DNA of 64,000 bases from Thermoplasmatota archaeon (GTDB taxonomy: Archaea > Thermoplasmatota > Penumbrarchaeia > Penumbrarchaeales > Penumbrarchaeaceae), in the NCBI GenBank assembly GCA_025457865.1, contig JALOTP010000005.1, forward strand, positions 5,596 to 69,595, written 5' to 3'. Made by a program: the position numbers and the translations under genes. Below the pieces are notes generated by a model, which was not told the DNA's origin, made no database searches, and saw nothing but the letters and a program-made list of their open reading frames with translations. Below are positions 49,977-60,200 of the stretch, one piece after another; position 1 is the stretch's first letter; every line of letters starts with the position of its first letter.

Positions 49977-50665
49977 GCCCCCTTGAGGACCTTGGAGCAG
50001 CTAATGATCCCGCCCTGAGCCCCGGCTGCCCTGAGAGGTTCGATCTCAGAGAGTTCCTCCATGCCGATGTAGAGCCGGGCCTTCCCGTCCAGGCCCTGGG
50101 CGATATCCCTGACGGACCCCGACCTATCGACCTGGGAACCCTCTATGTCCAGGACCAGGTCTGTGATGCCAAGGTCCACCATCTCCTTGCAGAAGCCATC
50201 GGGCCCCATCTCTCTGATATCCTGGTCCGGGGACAGGATGCCGCCGTCGATGTCCAGCTGTACAATCAGACCATCAGTGAGCTCGAAGGCGGAAGCGAAC
50301 TCGCTCAGGTTGGCCATCATCTTGGTGGAGACCATGCAGGTCGTAGCCCCGGCCATTATGGCGTCGATGAGCGGGTCGGCGGTGCGTGCACCGACATCGG
50401 TCCAGAGTTCGCCGCCCATTTTGCCGAGCGTCCGTATGGTGGTCAGGTCCGGTTCTCCGGTCCTGAAGGAGAGGATGTCTAGGTAATGCAACGTACCATA
50501 TCTTTCAAGGAGCGGCCCTGCCACATCCTCTGTCCTCGCGGGAATACCTCCAAGAATTATCTGGCTGTACCTGCCCTGCTCTACAAATACAGGTCTGCCT
50601 TTTATAACGGCCAGGGAAGGGATGACCTTGAAACCACCAAGTGTGTTCTGGTCCAAAGCATCCAT
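49973..50665 (-). CDS. HisA/HisF-like TIM-barrel protein (proFAR-isomerase-related, uncharacterised archaeal family)
   Basis: The 230-aa product has VIPSLAVIKGRPV...LHYLDILSF...DLVLDIEGSQVDRSG...GGIISCSKVLKG. This follows the HisA/HisF beta-strand pattern but is divergent. Confidence 0.55.
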   Translation of the reverse strand: MDALDQNTLGGFKVIPSLAVIKGRPVFVEQGRYSQIILGGIPARTEDVAGPLLERYGTLHYLDILSFRTGEPDLTTIRTLGKMGGELWTDVGARTADPLIDAIMAGATTCMVSTKMMANLSEFASAFELTDGLIVQLDIDGGILSPDQDIREMGPDGFCKEMVDLGITDLVLDIEGSQVDRSGSVRDIAQGLDGKARLYIGMEELSEIEPLRAAGAQGGIISCSKVLKGA

Positions 50666-50717
50666 CCTTGGATCCCCCCTTTTAGGAAGGACCTTGGGTC
50701 CGGTCCTATCCAGTGTC

Positions 50718-50990
50718 TCAGTCCAGGTGGGAGAATATGACGACGTCCTTTATGGACTTGACCTTGTCGAACGGGAGCACTATCCTCTGCTGCGAGTCCA
50801 ACCTGAACCGTCTCACATCTATCTCTTCGGACGGCAGGACCAGTACATGCAGGACCTTCCCGCTCTTGGTGTCGACTACCAGATTGTCCACCTGTCCGAG
50901 GTACTTTCCATCACTGGACATAACGTATTTGTCCTTGATATCGTTTGCAAAGAACTTCATAGGTTCACACCCCGGGTCTTGTGCGCTCAC
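50718..50990 (-). CDS. PRC-barrel domain protein
   Basis: KYVMSSDGKYLGQVDNLVVDTKSGKVLHVLV...IVLPFDKVKSIKDVVIF is a PRC-barrel pattern. A GTG start at 50990 overlaps the cdc48 stop in GTGA context. An ATG at 50960 is the alternative start. Confidence 0.7.
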   Translation of the reverse strand: MSAQDPGCEPMKFFANDIKDKYVMSSDGKYLGQVDNLVVDTKSGKVLHVLVLPSEEIDVRRFRLDSQQRIVLPFDKVKSIKDVVIFSHLD

Positions 50991-53224
50991 CCGTAATAAT
51001 CAATCCCTTTATCTTTTTTCCCCTTATTATTAATTCCGCCCTTCCCGTCCGAAATTATCCTCTTATAGGCCTCAACGGTATCCTCATCAACGGACGGACG
51101 GGCCTCTGAGAGGGCCATCTTCAGGTCGGAAGCGGTCACGTTCTTCGCTTTCATATCCTTCCTAAGGGCTATGATGCCCGCTTCCCTGCAGACCCCCTCG
51201 ATGTCAGCCCCGGTGAAGTTCTCCATGGAAGCGGCCAGCTCCTCCAGGTCCACATCGATGGCGAGCGGCATGGATGACGTGTGGACCTTGAGGATCTCTA
51301 TCCTACCCTTGAGGTCTGGCGGACCTACGAAAATCAGCCTGTCGAACCGCCCGGTCCTTAAGATGGCCGGGTCGAGCATATCCGGCCTGTTGGTCGCGCC
51401 CATGACTATGATATCACCGCCATCCTCGATACCATCCATGGAGGTCAACAGCTGGTTCACGAGCCTCTCCGAGACATGGTTGCCGTCATACGAAGATCTC
51501 CGGGGGGCCAGGGCATCCATCTCATCAAGGAAGATGATACAGGGAGCGACCTGTCTTGCCTTCTTGAATATCTCCCTCACGGCCTTCTCGGAATCCCCCA
51601 CCCATTTGGACAGGACCTCCGGGCCCTTTATGGATATGAAGTTGGCCTTTGTCTCGGTCGCCACAGCCTTTGCAAGGAGGGTCTTACCGGTCCCTGGAGG
51701 ACCGTACAGGAGTATCCCTCTGGGCGGTTTGATGCCTAGGGCCTTGAATGACCCCGGGTCGGAGAGGGGCCACTCTACTGTTTCCCTCAGCTTCTGTTTG
51801 ACCTCCTCGAGCCCCCCGACCTCGTCCCACCTGACCGAGGGGACCTCTATGAGGACCTCCCTCAGGGTAGAGGGCTCTATGTCCTTCAAGGCCTCCTTGA
51901 AGTCCGCCATCTTGACCCTTATGCCCGAGAGCACCTCCTGGGATATGGTTTTGTCAAGGTCCATGTCCGGGAGGTACCTGTGGAGGGCCTTCATGGCCGC
52001 CTCCCTCGAAAGGGCGGCTAGGTCAGCTCCGACGAAGCCATGGGTGAGCCCCGCGAGCTCCTCTAGGGAAACGTCCTCCTCAAGGGGCATGTTCCTGGTA
52101 TGGACCTGGAGGATCTCTATCCTTGAGGAGAGGTCGGGCACGCCTATCTCTATCTCCCTATCGAACCTGCCAGGGCGCCTCAGCGCTGCGTCCAGCCCGT
52201 CCACCCTATTGGTGGCAGCAATGATTATGAGCCTGCAGTTGTCCTCGAGCCCATCCATCAGGCTCAGGAGCTGGGCGACGACCCTCCTCTCGACCTCGCC
52301 CCTAACATCGTCCCTCTTGGGGGCTATCGAGTCGATCTCGTCGATGAACAATATCGCCGGGAGGTTCTGGGATGCCTCCTGGAACTTGTTCCTGAGGTTC
52401 TCCTCCGACTGGCCGTAGTACTTGTTCATTATCTCCGGACCCTGTATCGAGAAGAATGAGGCACCAGATTCGTTCGAGACCGCCTTTGCTATCAATGTCT
52501 TTCCGGTCCCGGGAGGACCATGGAGAAGGACGCCTTTGGGCGGCTTTATGCCAAGTCTGTCGAAGAGCTCCGGGTGTTTGAGCGGGAGCTCGATGATCTC
52601 CCTGACCCTGGCCAGTTCCTCCCTCAATCCACCTATGTCCTCGTAGGCGACCCTTGAGATTATGTCCTCATCGAGCTTCTCCTTGGTTATCCGTATCTCA
52701 GTGTCCACGGTTATCTGGACTATACCAGATGGTTTCGTCGCAGTCACAATGAAAGGGAGCTGGCTCCCCATGAGGGCGATCCCCTGGATGATCAAGGTAT
52801 CGCCCTTGTTGACCGGCCGTTTGAGGAGCGATTTCTTGACGAACGAATCTATTCCATTGGCGAACTGGAGGTTGGGGAGGTCCTTTATGGCAGGCGAGAG
52901 CACGATCCTCTCCGCGGGTCTGGGGTCCACCTTGGACACCGTCACCCTGTCCCCTATCCCTATCTCAGCGTTCTTCCTTGTGATCCCATCTATCCTGAGG
53001 ATGTCCCGGTTCTCATCCTGGATGGGCGCCCTCCACACCACAGCGGCCGTGTCCTTCTTGCCTGATATCATTATGACATCCCCGGGAGAGACCCCGAGCT
53101 CCTCCCTGGCCTTCGTTGAGAGCCTTGCCCTCATGTAGCCCACATCGTTCTTAAGGGTCGGCTCCACCTTCATATCCAGCTTCTTGTTCAAATTGACCCT
53201 CCGCTGCCGTGTCCTTACGAGCAT
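50987..53224 (-). CDS. cdc48: AAA+ ATPase Cdc48/VAT (two ATPase domains)
   Basis: The N domain reads ...GDVIMISGKKDTAAVVWRA..ENRDILRIDGITRKNAEIGIGDRVTV. The two Walker A motifs are GPPGTGKTLIAKA and GPPGTGKTLLAKA. The C-terminus ends in DYYG, which is HbYX-like. The likely true start is MKVEP at 53173. Confidence 0.95.
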   Translation of the reverse strand: MLVRTRQRRVNLNKKLDMKVEPTLKNDVGYMRARLSTKAREELGVSPGDVIMISGKKDTAAVVWRAPIQDENRDILRIDGITRKNAEIGIGDRVTVSKVDPRPAERIVLSPAIKDLPNLQFANGIDSFVKKSLLKRPVNKGDTLIIQGIALMGSQLPFIVTATKPSGIVQITVDTEIRITKEKLDEDIISRVAYEDIGGLREELARVREIIELPLKHPELFDRLGIKPPKGVLLHGPPGTGKTLIAKAVSNESGASFFSIQGPEIMNKYYGQSEENLRNKFQEASQNLPAILFIDEIDSIAPKRDDVRGEVERRVVAQLLSLMDGLEDNCRLIIIAATNRVDGLDAALRRPGRFDREIEIGVPDLSSRIEILQVHTRNMPLEEDVSLEELAGLTHGFVGADLAALSREAAMKALHRYLPDMDLDKTISQEVLSGIRVKMADFKEALKDIEPSTLREVLIEVPSVRWDEVGGLEEVKQKLRETVEWPLSDPGSFKALGIKPPRGILLYGPPGTGKTLLAKAVATETKANFISIKGPEVLSKWVGDSEKAVREIFKKARQVAPCIIFLDEMDALAPRRSSYDGNHVSERLVNQLLTSMDGIEDGGDIIVMGATNRPDMLDPAILRTGRFDRLIFVGPPDLKGRIEILKVHTSSMPLAIDVDLEELAASMENFTGADIEGVCREAGIIALRKDMKAKNVTASDLKMALSEARPSVDEDTVEAYKRIISDGKGGINNKGKKDKGIDYYG

Positions 53225-53288
53225 CCGGCCCCTAACGGCGCAGGACCGTCACTGTCATTGGGACCGACGGTTATTAAAGTTGTCCGAT

Positions 53289-53318
53289 AAGGTCTTGACC
53301 AGGCCTGGTAAAGACCTT
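53289..53318. other. 30-bp near-perfect palindrome at the 3-prime end of the RNase-H-fold gene, upstream of cdc48
   Basis: In AAGGTCTTGACCAGGCCTGGTAAAGACCTT, arms AAGGTCTT/AAGACCTT and ACCAGG/CCTGGT are complementary. It could be a terminator hairpin or a protein-binding site. Confidence 0.4.
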
Positions 53319-53947
53319 TACTGTACAGGCGAACATTCGACCCTGGCTATATGGATGGCGGCCATCTCGTCCCTGTGCCGCTTGGAGCGAGAGGTGCCTC
53401 TCTCGTCAACTATGATAGTAAGGAGATTCGCCACCCTGAGCGATGAGATGATGAGGTCTCGACTGGACGGGTCACCGTTCCCGACCTTGACGATGGTCCT
53501 TCTGGCCCGAAAGCTCCGCTCCCTTTTCAGGACGTTCCCGAGGAGGTTCCGGGCAGAGGAGGCCCGGTGAACGGCTACTAGCCTACCGTCCAATATATAC
53601 GCGACTCCCGGTCTCGACCCAGGGTCTATCCCTATGGTGAGCACCAGAGGTCTGTCAAGACCCCAGCATGAGGCAAGGGCCCTATCCGTCGTTACGACCG
53701 GGTCAGGGTCCATAGGAACGGTGGAGCCGGCTCCCGAAGGGAGTATTGGGCACTCCGTCCCTTTGTCCATGACAAGACAATCAAGATGGGCGCTCACGAC
53801 CTCTCCCGGTCCCGTGATGAGGTAGCGGACCCCTTCGGCGTTCAGCACCGATACTAGGTCATGGAGCATCGAGAAATCCTCAGTGCATATACCTATGAGG
53901 ACCGACGCCTTTCTCTTTAAAAGCTCTTCGACATCATCCAAGATCAC
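53318..53947 (-). CDS. RNase-H-fold (RuvC/YqgF-like) protein, function unknown
   Basis: VLTIGIDPGSRPGVAYILDGRLVAV resembles the first beta-hairpin with catalytic Asp of RuvC/YqgF-type nucleases. The N-terminal half is unassigned. The start overlaps the J-domain gene stop by 4 nt. Confidence 0.5.
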   Translation of the reverse strand: MILDDVEELLKRKASVLIGICTEDFSMLHDLVSVLNAEGVRYLITGPGEVVSAHLDCLVMDKGTECPILPSGAGSTVPMDPDPVVTTDRALASCWGLDRPLVLTIGIDPGSRPGVAYILDGRLVAVHRASSARNLLGNVLKRERSFRARRTIVKVGNGDPSSRDLIISSLRVANLLTIIVDERGTSRSKRHRDEMAAIHIARVECSPVQ

Positions 53948-54573
53948 CCCTCCTCCCAGTCCACCTCCACGGCATCATCCTCATCGCCTTCAACAGCAAG
54001 GACCTTGAAACCCTTCTTGGCCTTCTTCGACGGCTCGGGCGCCCCCTCCCCCTCGTTCACCACGGTGAACTCAAGTCTCATCTCGACCCCCCTTGTATCG
54101 ACGATGTCGTCCGCATCCTCCTCCACGGTGACCCTGGGCCTCTTTCCGTCGATAACACGTGCCTCTACGATCTCCTGAGCAACCTCCAGCTTCTCTGAGA
54201 ACTCCTCATCGCCGGAGAACACATCCCTCATGGTGGAAATGACCCGGTTCATCTTCCTCCTGACAGGTTCTATCTCTATGGCCTCTATCCGCTCTTCCTC
54301 ATCCATTTCTATGATTATGGCCTCCTCCGGTACCGACCCTTTCCGGACCCCGACCCGCATGTCATAGTATTGCCTCTGGACAGGGTCAAGGAGGACCGAT
54401 TTGGCGTCGTTTAGGAGCCTCATGATCTCCTCCCCTTCCGCCCTGGAACCCGCAGGGAGCTGGCTGAGCTTGTCGGGATGGTATATCTCGGCCATCCTCC
54501 TATAAGCCTGCTTGATCTCCGTGTAGGAGGCATTCTCGGCTACGCCGAGAAGGTAATAGTAATCCACCTCCAA
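53944..54573 (-). CDS. J-domain protein with an acidic C-terminal region
   Basis: DYYYLLGVAENASYTEIKQAYRRMAEIYHPDK is a canonical J domain with the HPD motif. No Gly/Phe region or zinc finger is present. Confidence 0.8.
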   Translation of the reverse strand: MEVDYYYLLGVAENASYTEIKQAYRRMAEIYHPDKLSQLPAGSRAEGEEIMRLLNDAKSVLLDPVQRQYYDMRVGVRKGSVPEEAIIIEMDEEERIEAIEIEPVRRKMNRVISTMRDVFSGDEEFSEKLEVAQEIVEARVIDGKRPRVTVEEDADDIVDTRGVEMRLEFTVVNEGEGAPEPSKKAKKGFKVLAVEGDEDDAVEVDWEEG

Positions 54574-54716
54574 GGTGTGGCCCCCTGGACCTTCTGGGAC
54601 ATTGCCTTAATCCGATATTCGGTTTTCCTTTTTTTGGTCCCTTGGGCCCTGTCCTTTCCCCTGGGAGATGCTTTATTAAGGCCCAGAAGCTCTCCCTTTC
54701 CACAGGGTGGAACAAG

Positions 54717-55085
54717 ATGGAGGTCCTGGGAAAGGTAGTCAACTTCTCTCCGAAGGGGTCACTGGTGGTCAGGGCATCCTCTGCTCCCCAACCTGGTCAG
54801 ATGGTGGTGGACCGGAGACAGAGACCTGTCGGCAGGGTGGTCAAGGTCACCGGGCCGGTGGCTGCCCCGTTCGTAATTGTTGCACCCGTGAAGGACCTCG
54901 AAGGCCCCATGAACAGGCTTCTAGGGGCAGAGGTGTTCTTGCAGCCCCACCAACCGGTCCAACATCAGAGGGAACGGCCAAGGGAGGCGGGGGCGGTAAG
55001 AAGGACCCCGCACAATCCGAGAGATGGTCCGTACCGTCAGCATGAGGGTGGGAAGGGTCATAGGGACCGCTACCAGAGGCCTTAG
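54717..55085 (+). CDS. gar1: H/ACA RNP protein Gar1-like with a basic C-terminal tail
   Basis: MEVLGKVVNFSPKGSLVVRASSAPQPGQMVVDRRQRPVGRVVKVTGPVAAPFVIVAP matches the Gar1 beta-barrel pattern. I prefer the start at 54717 over 54642. Confidence 0.7.
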   Translation: MEVLGKVVNFSPKGSLVVRASSAPQPGQMVVDRRQRPVGRVVKVTGPVAAPFVIVAPVKDLEGPMNRLLGAEVFLQPHQPVQHQRERPREAGAVRRTPHNPRDGPYRQHEGGKGHRDRYQRP

Positions 55086-55176
55086 ACCGCACATTTCGAT
55101 AAGTTTTGGCCTCACTGATGCCCGTTCAATCGTAGCATTTTAAATATAGCATTCAGGGATTCTCCCCCCACGGGGT

Positions 55177-55581
55177 GTGGTCATGGAAGTGAACTACGAG
55201 GTCTTTTTCCACGGGGCGGTCCCTTATGCGGGGGCCGAGATAACCATAGGTGCAGTGCTCGTGGAGAACGGGATGGTCAAGGATGAGATAAGCGGAACGG
55301 TGCCCTACGGCGGCTCCGAGCTGAGGGCGCAATGGGAGGCCTTGCTGCAGGGAATGGAGCTCGCAAAGAGCAACAGTACCAAACGGGTCATCTTCAAGGG
55401 CGACTCCAGGACCGTGGTGAACCTGATGAATGGGGGCATCCCCTCCAGGGACTTCGATTCCATGGACTATTACCAGATGGCAAGGAGGAAACAGCTCTCC
55501 TTCGACCAATCGTTCTTCCAGTGGATACCTGCTGAGAGGAATGCCAAGGCCATAGGACTTGCCAGGGCAGCGTCCCAATGA
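55177..55581 (+). CDS. Ribonuclease HI-like protein (RNase H type 1 fold)
   Basis: The 134-aa product has ...ELRAQWEALLQGMELAKSNSTKRVIFKGDSRTVVNLMNG...FQWIPAERNAKAIGLARAA, typical of the small archaeal RNase HI family. Confidence 0.65.
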   Translation: MVMEVNYEVFFHGAVPYAGAEITIGAVLVENGMVKDEISGTVPYGGSELRAQWEALLQGMELAKSNSTKRVIFKGDSRTVVNLMNGGIPSRDFDSMDYYQMARRKQLSFDQSFFQWIPAERNAKAIGLARAASQ

Positions 55582-55650
55582 TAGGTCGGCATCCAACGGT
55601 CCATCAAGGTAACGTTTTATACCCTCCTTTCCGTTAGGTCCCTATCCGGT

Positions 55651-57081
55651 GTGCGCATGGTGCTTTTGGTACACAACACTGCGAGCGGTGGCAAAGAGGA
55701 GTTCGTGCCCTTGAACAAGGGCCGTGTCGGTATGTACGTTTGCGGCCCCACGGTTTATGACCACAGCCATGTTGGGCATGCAAGGAGCTATGTCGCATTC
55801 GATATCATCAGGAGGTACCTGGAGCACAAGGGTTTCGTGGTCACCTACGTCCAGAACTTCACAGACGTGGACGACAAGATCATAGCCCGCGCCGCTGAGA
55901 AGGGCATCCCGCCACTGGTCCTTTCGGAAAAGTTCATACAGGAGTACTATTCGGACATGGACGCCCTGAACATCAGGAGAGCGACGGTCCATCCGAAGGC
56001 ATCGGAGACCATTCCGGACATGATCGAGGCCATACGGACCCTGATATCGAAAGGTTTTGCTTACGTGGTCAACGGCAGCGTCTATTTCGAGGTGGATAAG
56101 GCCAAGGACAGGTTCGGGAAGCTCAGGCATCAGTCCCTTGACGAGATGCTCGATGGGGCCAGGGTAGAGGTGGACCCCGAGAAGAGGGGACCCAAGGACT
56201 TCGCGCTCTGGAAAGCGGCAAAACCGGGTGAGATATCGTGGGATTCCCCCTGGGGGAAGGGCAGACCGGGTTGGCATATAGAATGCTCCACCATGTCCTC
56301 CAAGTACCTGGGGACCACCATTGATATCCATGGCGGGGGGATGGACCTGATATTCCCCCACCATGAGTCGGAGATACTTCAGGCCGAATGCTCTACCGGT
56401 CAGACATTCGCAAGGTACTGGCTGCATAACGGTTTTGTGAGGATAAATGAGGAGAAGATGTCCAAGTCCCTTGGCAACTTCTTCTCCATCAAGGACATCT
56501 TGAAAAGGTACGAACCCATGGTTCTGAGGTTCTTCCTTGCCTATACCCATTACAGGTCGCCCATAGATTTCTCCGATATGGCACTGGAAGAGGCCAAGGC
56601 CGCCTTCGGCAGGCTCAGGAACCTCCATCAGGTGCTTTCCAGGACCGCCAGTGATGACCCGGCCGATGGAACGGTCACGTCCGAAGCAACCAGCATCAGG
56701 AAAGCGTTCATGGAGGCAATGGACGACGATTTCAACACAAGGGTGGCATTGACATCCCTCTTCCGGCTCGATGACCATGTCAAGGACCTGATCAAGGGGA
56801 TTAAGCTCAACGCTGGGAACGCAAAGCACCTGCTCGGCCTCATGGACGAGCTGTCAGGCGTCCTTGGGCTCGTTTACACCGAGCCGGTCTCGAGCGAGCT
56901 GCTGGGGGGAGCCCTCACCGAGGGATTGGTCGAGCTCCTTATAGAGCTCAGGGCACAGGCAAGGAAGGCCAAGGACTTTAAAACGTCCGACCTGGTCCGG
57001 GACCGCTTGAAGGCTCTGGGGATAGTGCTCGAGGACGGAGAGAGGACCACCTGGAAGGTGGCAGGTCGGAGCAAGGGCTGA
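55651..57081 (+). CDS. cysS: Cysteinyl-tRNA synthetase
   Basis: Motifs are MYVCGPTVYDHSHVGHARSY (HIGH), WHIECS and KMSKSLGN. Confidence 0.95.
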   Translation: MRMVLLVHNTASGGKEEFVPLNKGRVGMYVCGPTVYDHSHVGHARSYVAFDIIRRYLEHKGFVVTYVQNFTDVDDKIIARAAEKGIPPLVLSEKFIQEYYSDMDALNIRRATVHPKASETIPDMIEAIRTLISKGFAYVVNGSVYFEVDKAKDRFGKLRHQSLDEMLDGARVEVDPEKRGPKDFALWKAAKPGEISWDSPWGKGRPGWHIECSTMSSKYLGTTIDIHGGGMDLIFPHHESEILQAECSTGQTFARYWLHNGFVRINEEKMSKSLGNFFSIKDILKRYEPMVLRFFLAYTHYRSPIDFSDMALEEAKAAFGRLRNLHQVLSRTASDDPADGTVTSEATSIRKAFMEAMDDDFNTRVALTSLFRLDDHVKDLIKGIKLNAGNAKHLLGLMDELSGVLGLVYTEPVSSELLGGALTEGLVELLIELRAQARKAKDFKTSDLVRDRLKALGIVLEDGERTTWKVAGRSKG

Positions 57082-57210
57082 GATATGACCTTCTGGCCGT
57101 GTTGACCTTGCCAGTGTTCCTTTGACGCAAATCATGACAGAATTAGGAAAAAGCCTAAAAGCACCCTGTACCAACACTACATACGGCAGTCGGCCAAAAG
57201 GAGGCAGAAG

Positions 57211-60200
57211 ATGGTCACAGGGCGCACAAGGGCATTCAAGGCAACGATATCGACCATCCTATTGGCGGTCATCCTCCTGGCGGCGCTCCCAGTAACATTA
57301 TTTGCCATGACGGTCCAGGTGTCGTTTCCTGTCGAAGGGGATGGCCCCCCACCATCCCAGGGCAACGATCATGATGATGAACTGATGGGCGCAGGCTATA
57401 GGCCCAGGTTCCCTTACCCTGGCTCCGATATCATCCAGACCCCCGAGCCGGTGCCGGATGGCGCTATCTGGCTTCCTTATGGCAAGGTCCCGAACACCTT
57501 AAGCGCGCCGTCCAGGGCCAACTGGGTCCTCTACCATGATGCGGTCGAAGTGAATGTTTACGTCGATATAGCCCCAGGGCAGTTGACATCGAACGAAAAG
57601 CTACTCTTAGATGCGATGATAGATGATTTCAAGAACTATTCCTTCATCAGGGTGAAGGACTACTTTGACCCGAGCAACCTGATTTCCTACGTGGATTGGA
57701 GGGTATGGAAGATAGACGGGCCGAGCGGAGTCGGGGGTTATTACCAGCCCGGGACCAATGAGTTCAACGTGGACCGTGATGACCTGAGCTGGGGAGGGGT
57801 GATAGCCGCCCATGAGTTCGAGCATTACGTCCACCGTCAGTACGATCTGTATGAGACCCTTTGGGTCGATGAAGGATGCGCCGATTACGGAGCATATCTC
57901 GTGTATGGTATCGATTCCGCCGTTGCGACCCATGTCTATTCCTACCTTGAGTACAGGCCCCAGAACACCCTCCCAGTGACGGATTCCGAGTTCTACAACG
58001 ATTATACGACGTCCCAGTACGGGACCTCCTTCCTTTTCCAGCTGTTCATGACCCACCAATACGGTGGAAAGGATTATACCAGGGCCCTTGTGAAGGCAAC
58101 GAACCAGGGCTCCTATGGTGTCACAAAGGCCCTTCAGACCATAGGCTCGATCGATACCTTCAGCACGGCCTTCGCCAAGTGGAAGGTCGCAACAAGGCTC
58201 AACGATGCGACCATAGGTCCCGATGGCAATTACTCCTACCCAGTGAAGACCTATGCCTACGGGTCCCTCAATGTCCCGATCACGGCCTCCCACAGCGGCG
58301 TCCCCTCTGCCTCGACCAGGAACATAGGGAGGAATTCCATAACGACCATCCGTTTCTCCGGGCCGCCGACCACCACCGAGGACCTGGTGCTCAAGCTCAC
58401 ATTCAGCGCTGGTGCTCCCGATGTGGCCATCTACAAAGAGGTATCCGGTCCCAGGGACATAATATCCATCGATTTCGCCGGCGGGCGTTCCGCCGACATC
58501 CAGATGAACGATTGGGGGAAGGACTTCAGCGCGTTCCAGATAATGGTCTCATCGTCCGAGTCAAGTTCGTTCTCCTATGAGCTGGACATAGTGGACCTCG
58601 TCCCCCCCGTCACCTCTATAGACATAACACCTTTCAAACCGAACGGTGAGAACGGGTGGTATGTCTCATCCCCAAAGATCACATTGACGTCCGAACCCTT
58701 CGCTGATATCAAGTACAGTTTGAACGGTGGAGCTGAGAAGGATTACGCCGGAGCGTTCTATCTGGCCGATGGGACCCATAATCTCTCTTTCCACTCCATC
58801 GACAAGAAGGGCAACACGGAGGTCCCGCATTTCAGGGACCTCAAGGTCGATGCGACCCCCCCCACTTCAAGTATCAAAGTTGAGCCGGACAACCCTCCGG
58901 ACGTCTGGTTGAACAGCAAACCGCTGATAACCTTGTCCACATCGTTCCAGGACGCCAAGGTGGAATACAAGTTCGGGAACGTTCAGTATTCCATCTACAC
59001 CCAACCGATACATCCTCCTGAGGGCGAGAGCACGCTCATCTGGAGGGCCTTCGACAATGCAGGGAACAGGGAGATGGAATACCAGAGGTCATTCAAGGTC
59101 GATACCATATCGCCGATCGTGGAGCATCTGATATACCCGCAGTCCCCCAACGGTGAGAACGGATACTACACCGTCAGACCACAGCTCACGCTCTCCTCCC
59201 CTGACGGAATGGCCATTTACTACACTGTCGATGGTTCGGAGCAGAGGCTCTACGAGGCCCCCTTCGAGGTCAAGGATGGTCTGCATACCATCAGGTTCGT
59301 AGCCTCGGACAAGGCCGGAAACGTGGGCGATGAGATAAGACTGGACCTTAAGGTAGATACCGCCCTCCCAGTGCTCACAGGGACCTTTGACGGGTTCGTT
59401 TACGATCTCGACAACTCCTCCAAATGGCAGAGCGCAAACCCTGTCCTTAACCTCGCTTCGTCCGAATCCGGAACGAAGATGAACTACACCTTGAACGGCA
59501 ATGCCCCGAGCCCCTACACGGAGCCCGTGTTCATCCCCGACGGTCAGTACGAGATAGTCGTTAGCGCAGAGGATGCGGCCGGGAACATTGCACAGCAGCT
59601 GATTTATTACCTCAAGGTGGACACGAAGAGGCCCTTTGTCACTGCAACGGTCTCTGCCGAACAGAAGAACGGTTGGTATGTTGATGAGGGAACATCCATC
59701 GTTCTCCAAGCGGAAGGTGAGAACGAGGCCTCATCCACTGCCAGGATACTCTTCAAGTGGGGCTCTGGCGAGGCTGTGACCTACCGCAACCCCATCAAGG
59801 TCCCGGACGGACGCAACAGGCTCACCTACTGGGCGGAGGACCTTGCCGGCAACAGGATGGACCCGCGGACCATAGAGCTTAAAAAGGACAGTCTGAAGCC
59901 TTCCGTGGCCATAATAACAGAAGGGCTCGAGGGCGGGAGCATCACGGAGGGCGGTTTCATCCTCATTGACCTCTCCACTTCGACTGACGAGGGCGGGATC
60001 GCCCTCTACGGGATCGGTCCCGAAGGTACGGTCCAGCCGGATTGGACCGCCCAACCGGTCTTCAACCAAACGTTCGATGTGCCGGGCACTTTCAACATCA
60101 CCCTTTTCGTCAGTGACCAGGCTGGGAACGTGGGTTCCAAGGTCTTGAAGGTCATCGTGATGGAGAAGGAATTGAAGGGCAGGAACGACGGAGGTAACGA

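Noticed and set aside
51171-52418. 415-aa plus-strand ORF lying entirely inside cdc48
   Set aside because: It is antisense to a gene with unmistakable double AAA+ motifs. Its product is Ser/Pro/Leu-rich low complexity with no motifs. Long antisense ORFs are expected in GC-rich coding DNA.
55642-56829. 395-aa minus-strand ORF overlapping cysS
   Set aside because: It is antisense to a clear CysRS with HIGH and KMSKS motifs. The product has no recognisable features.
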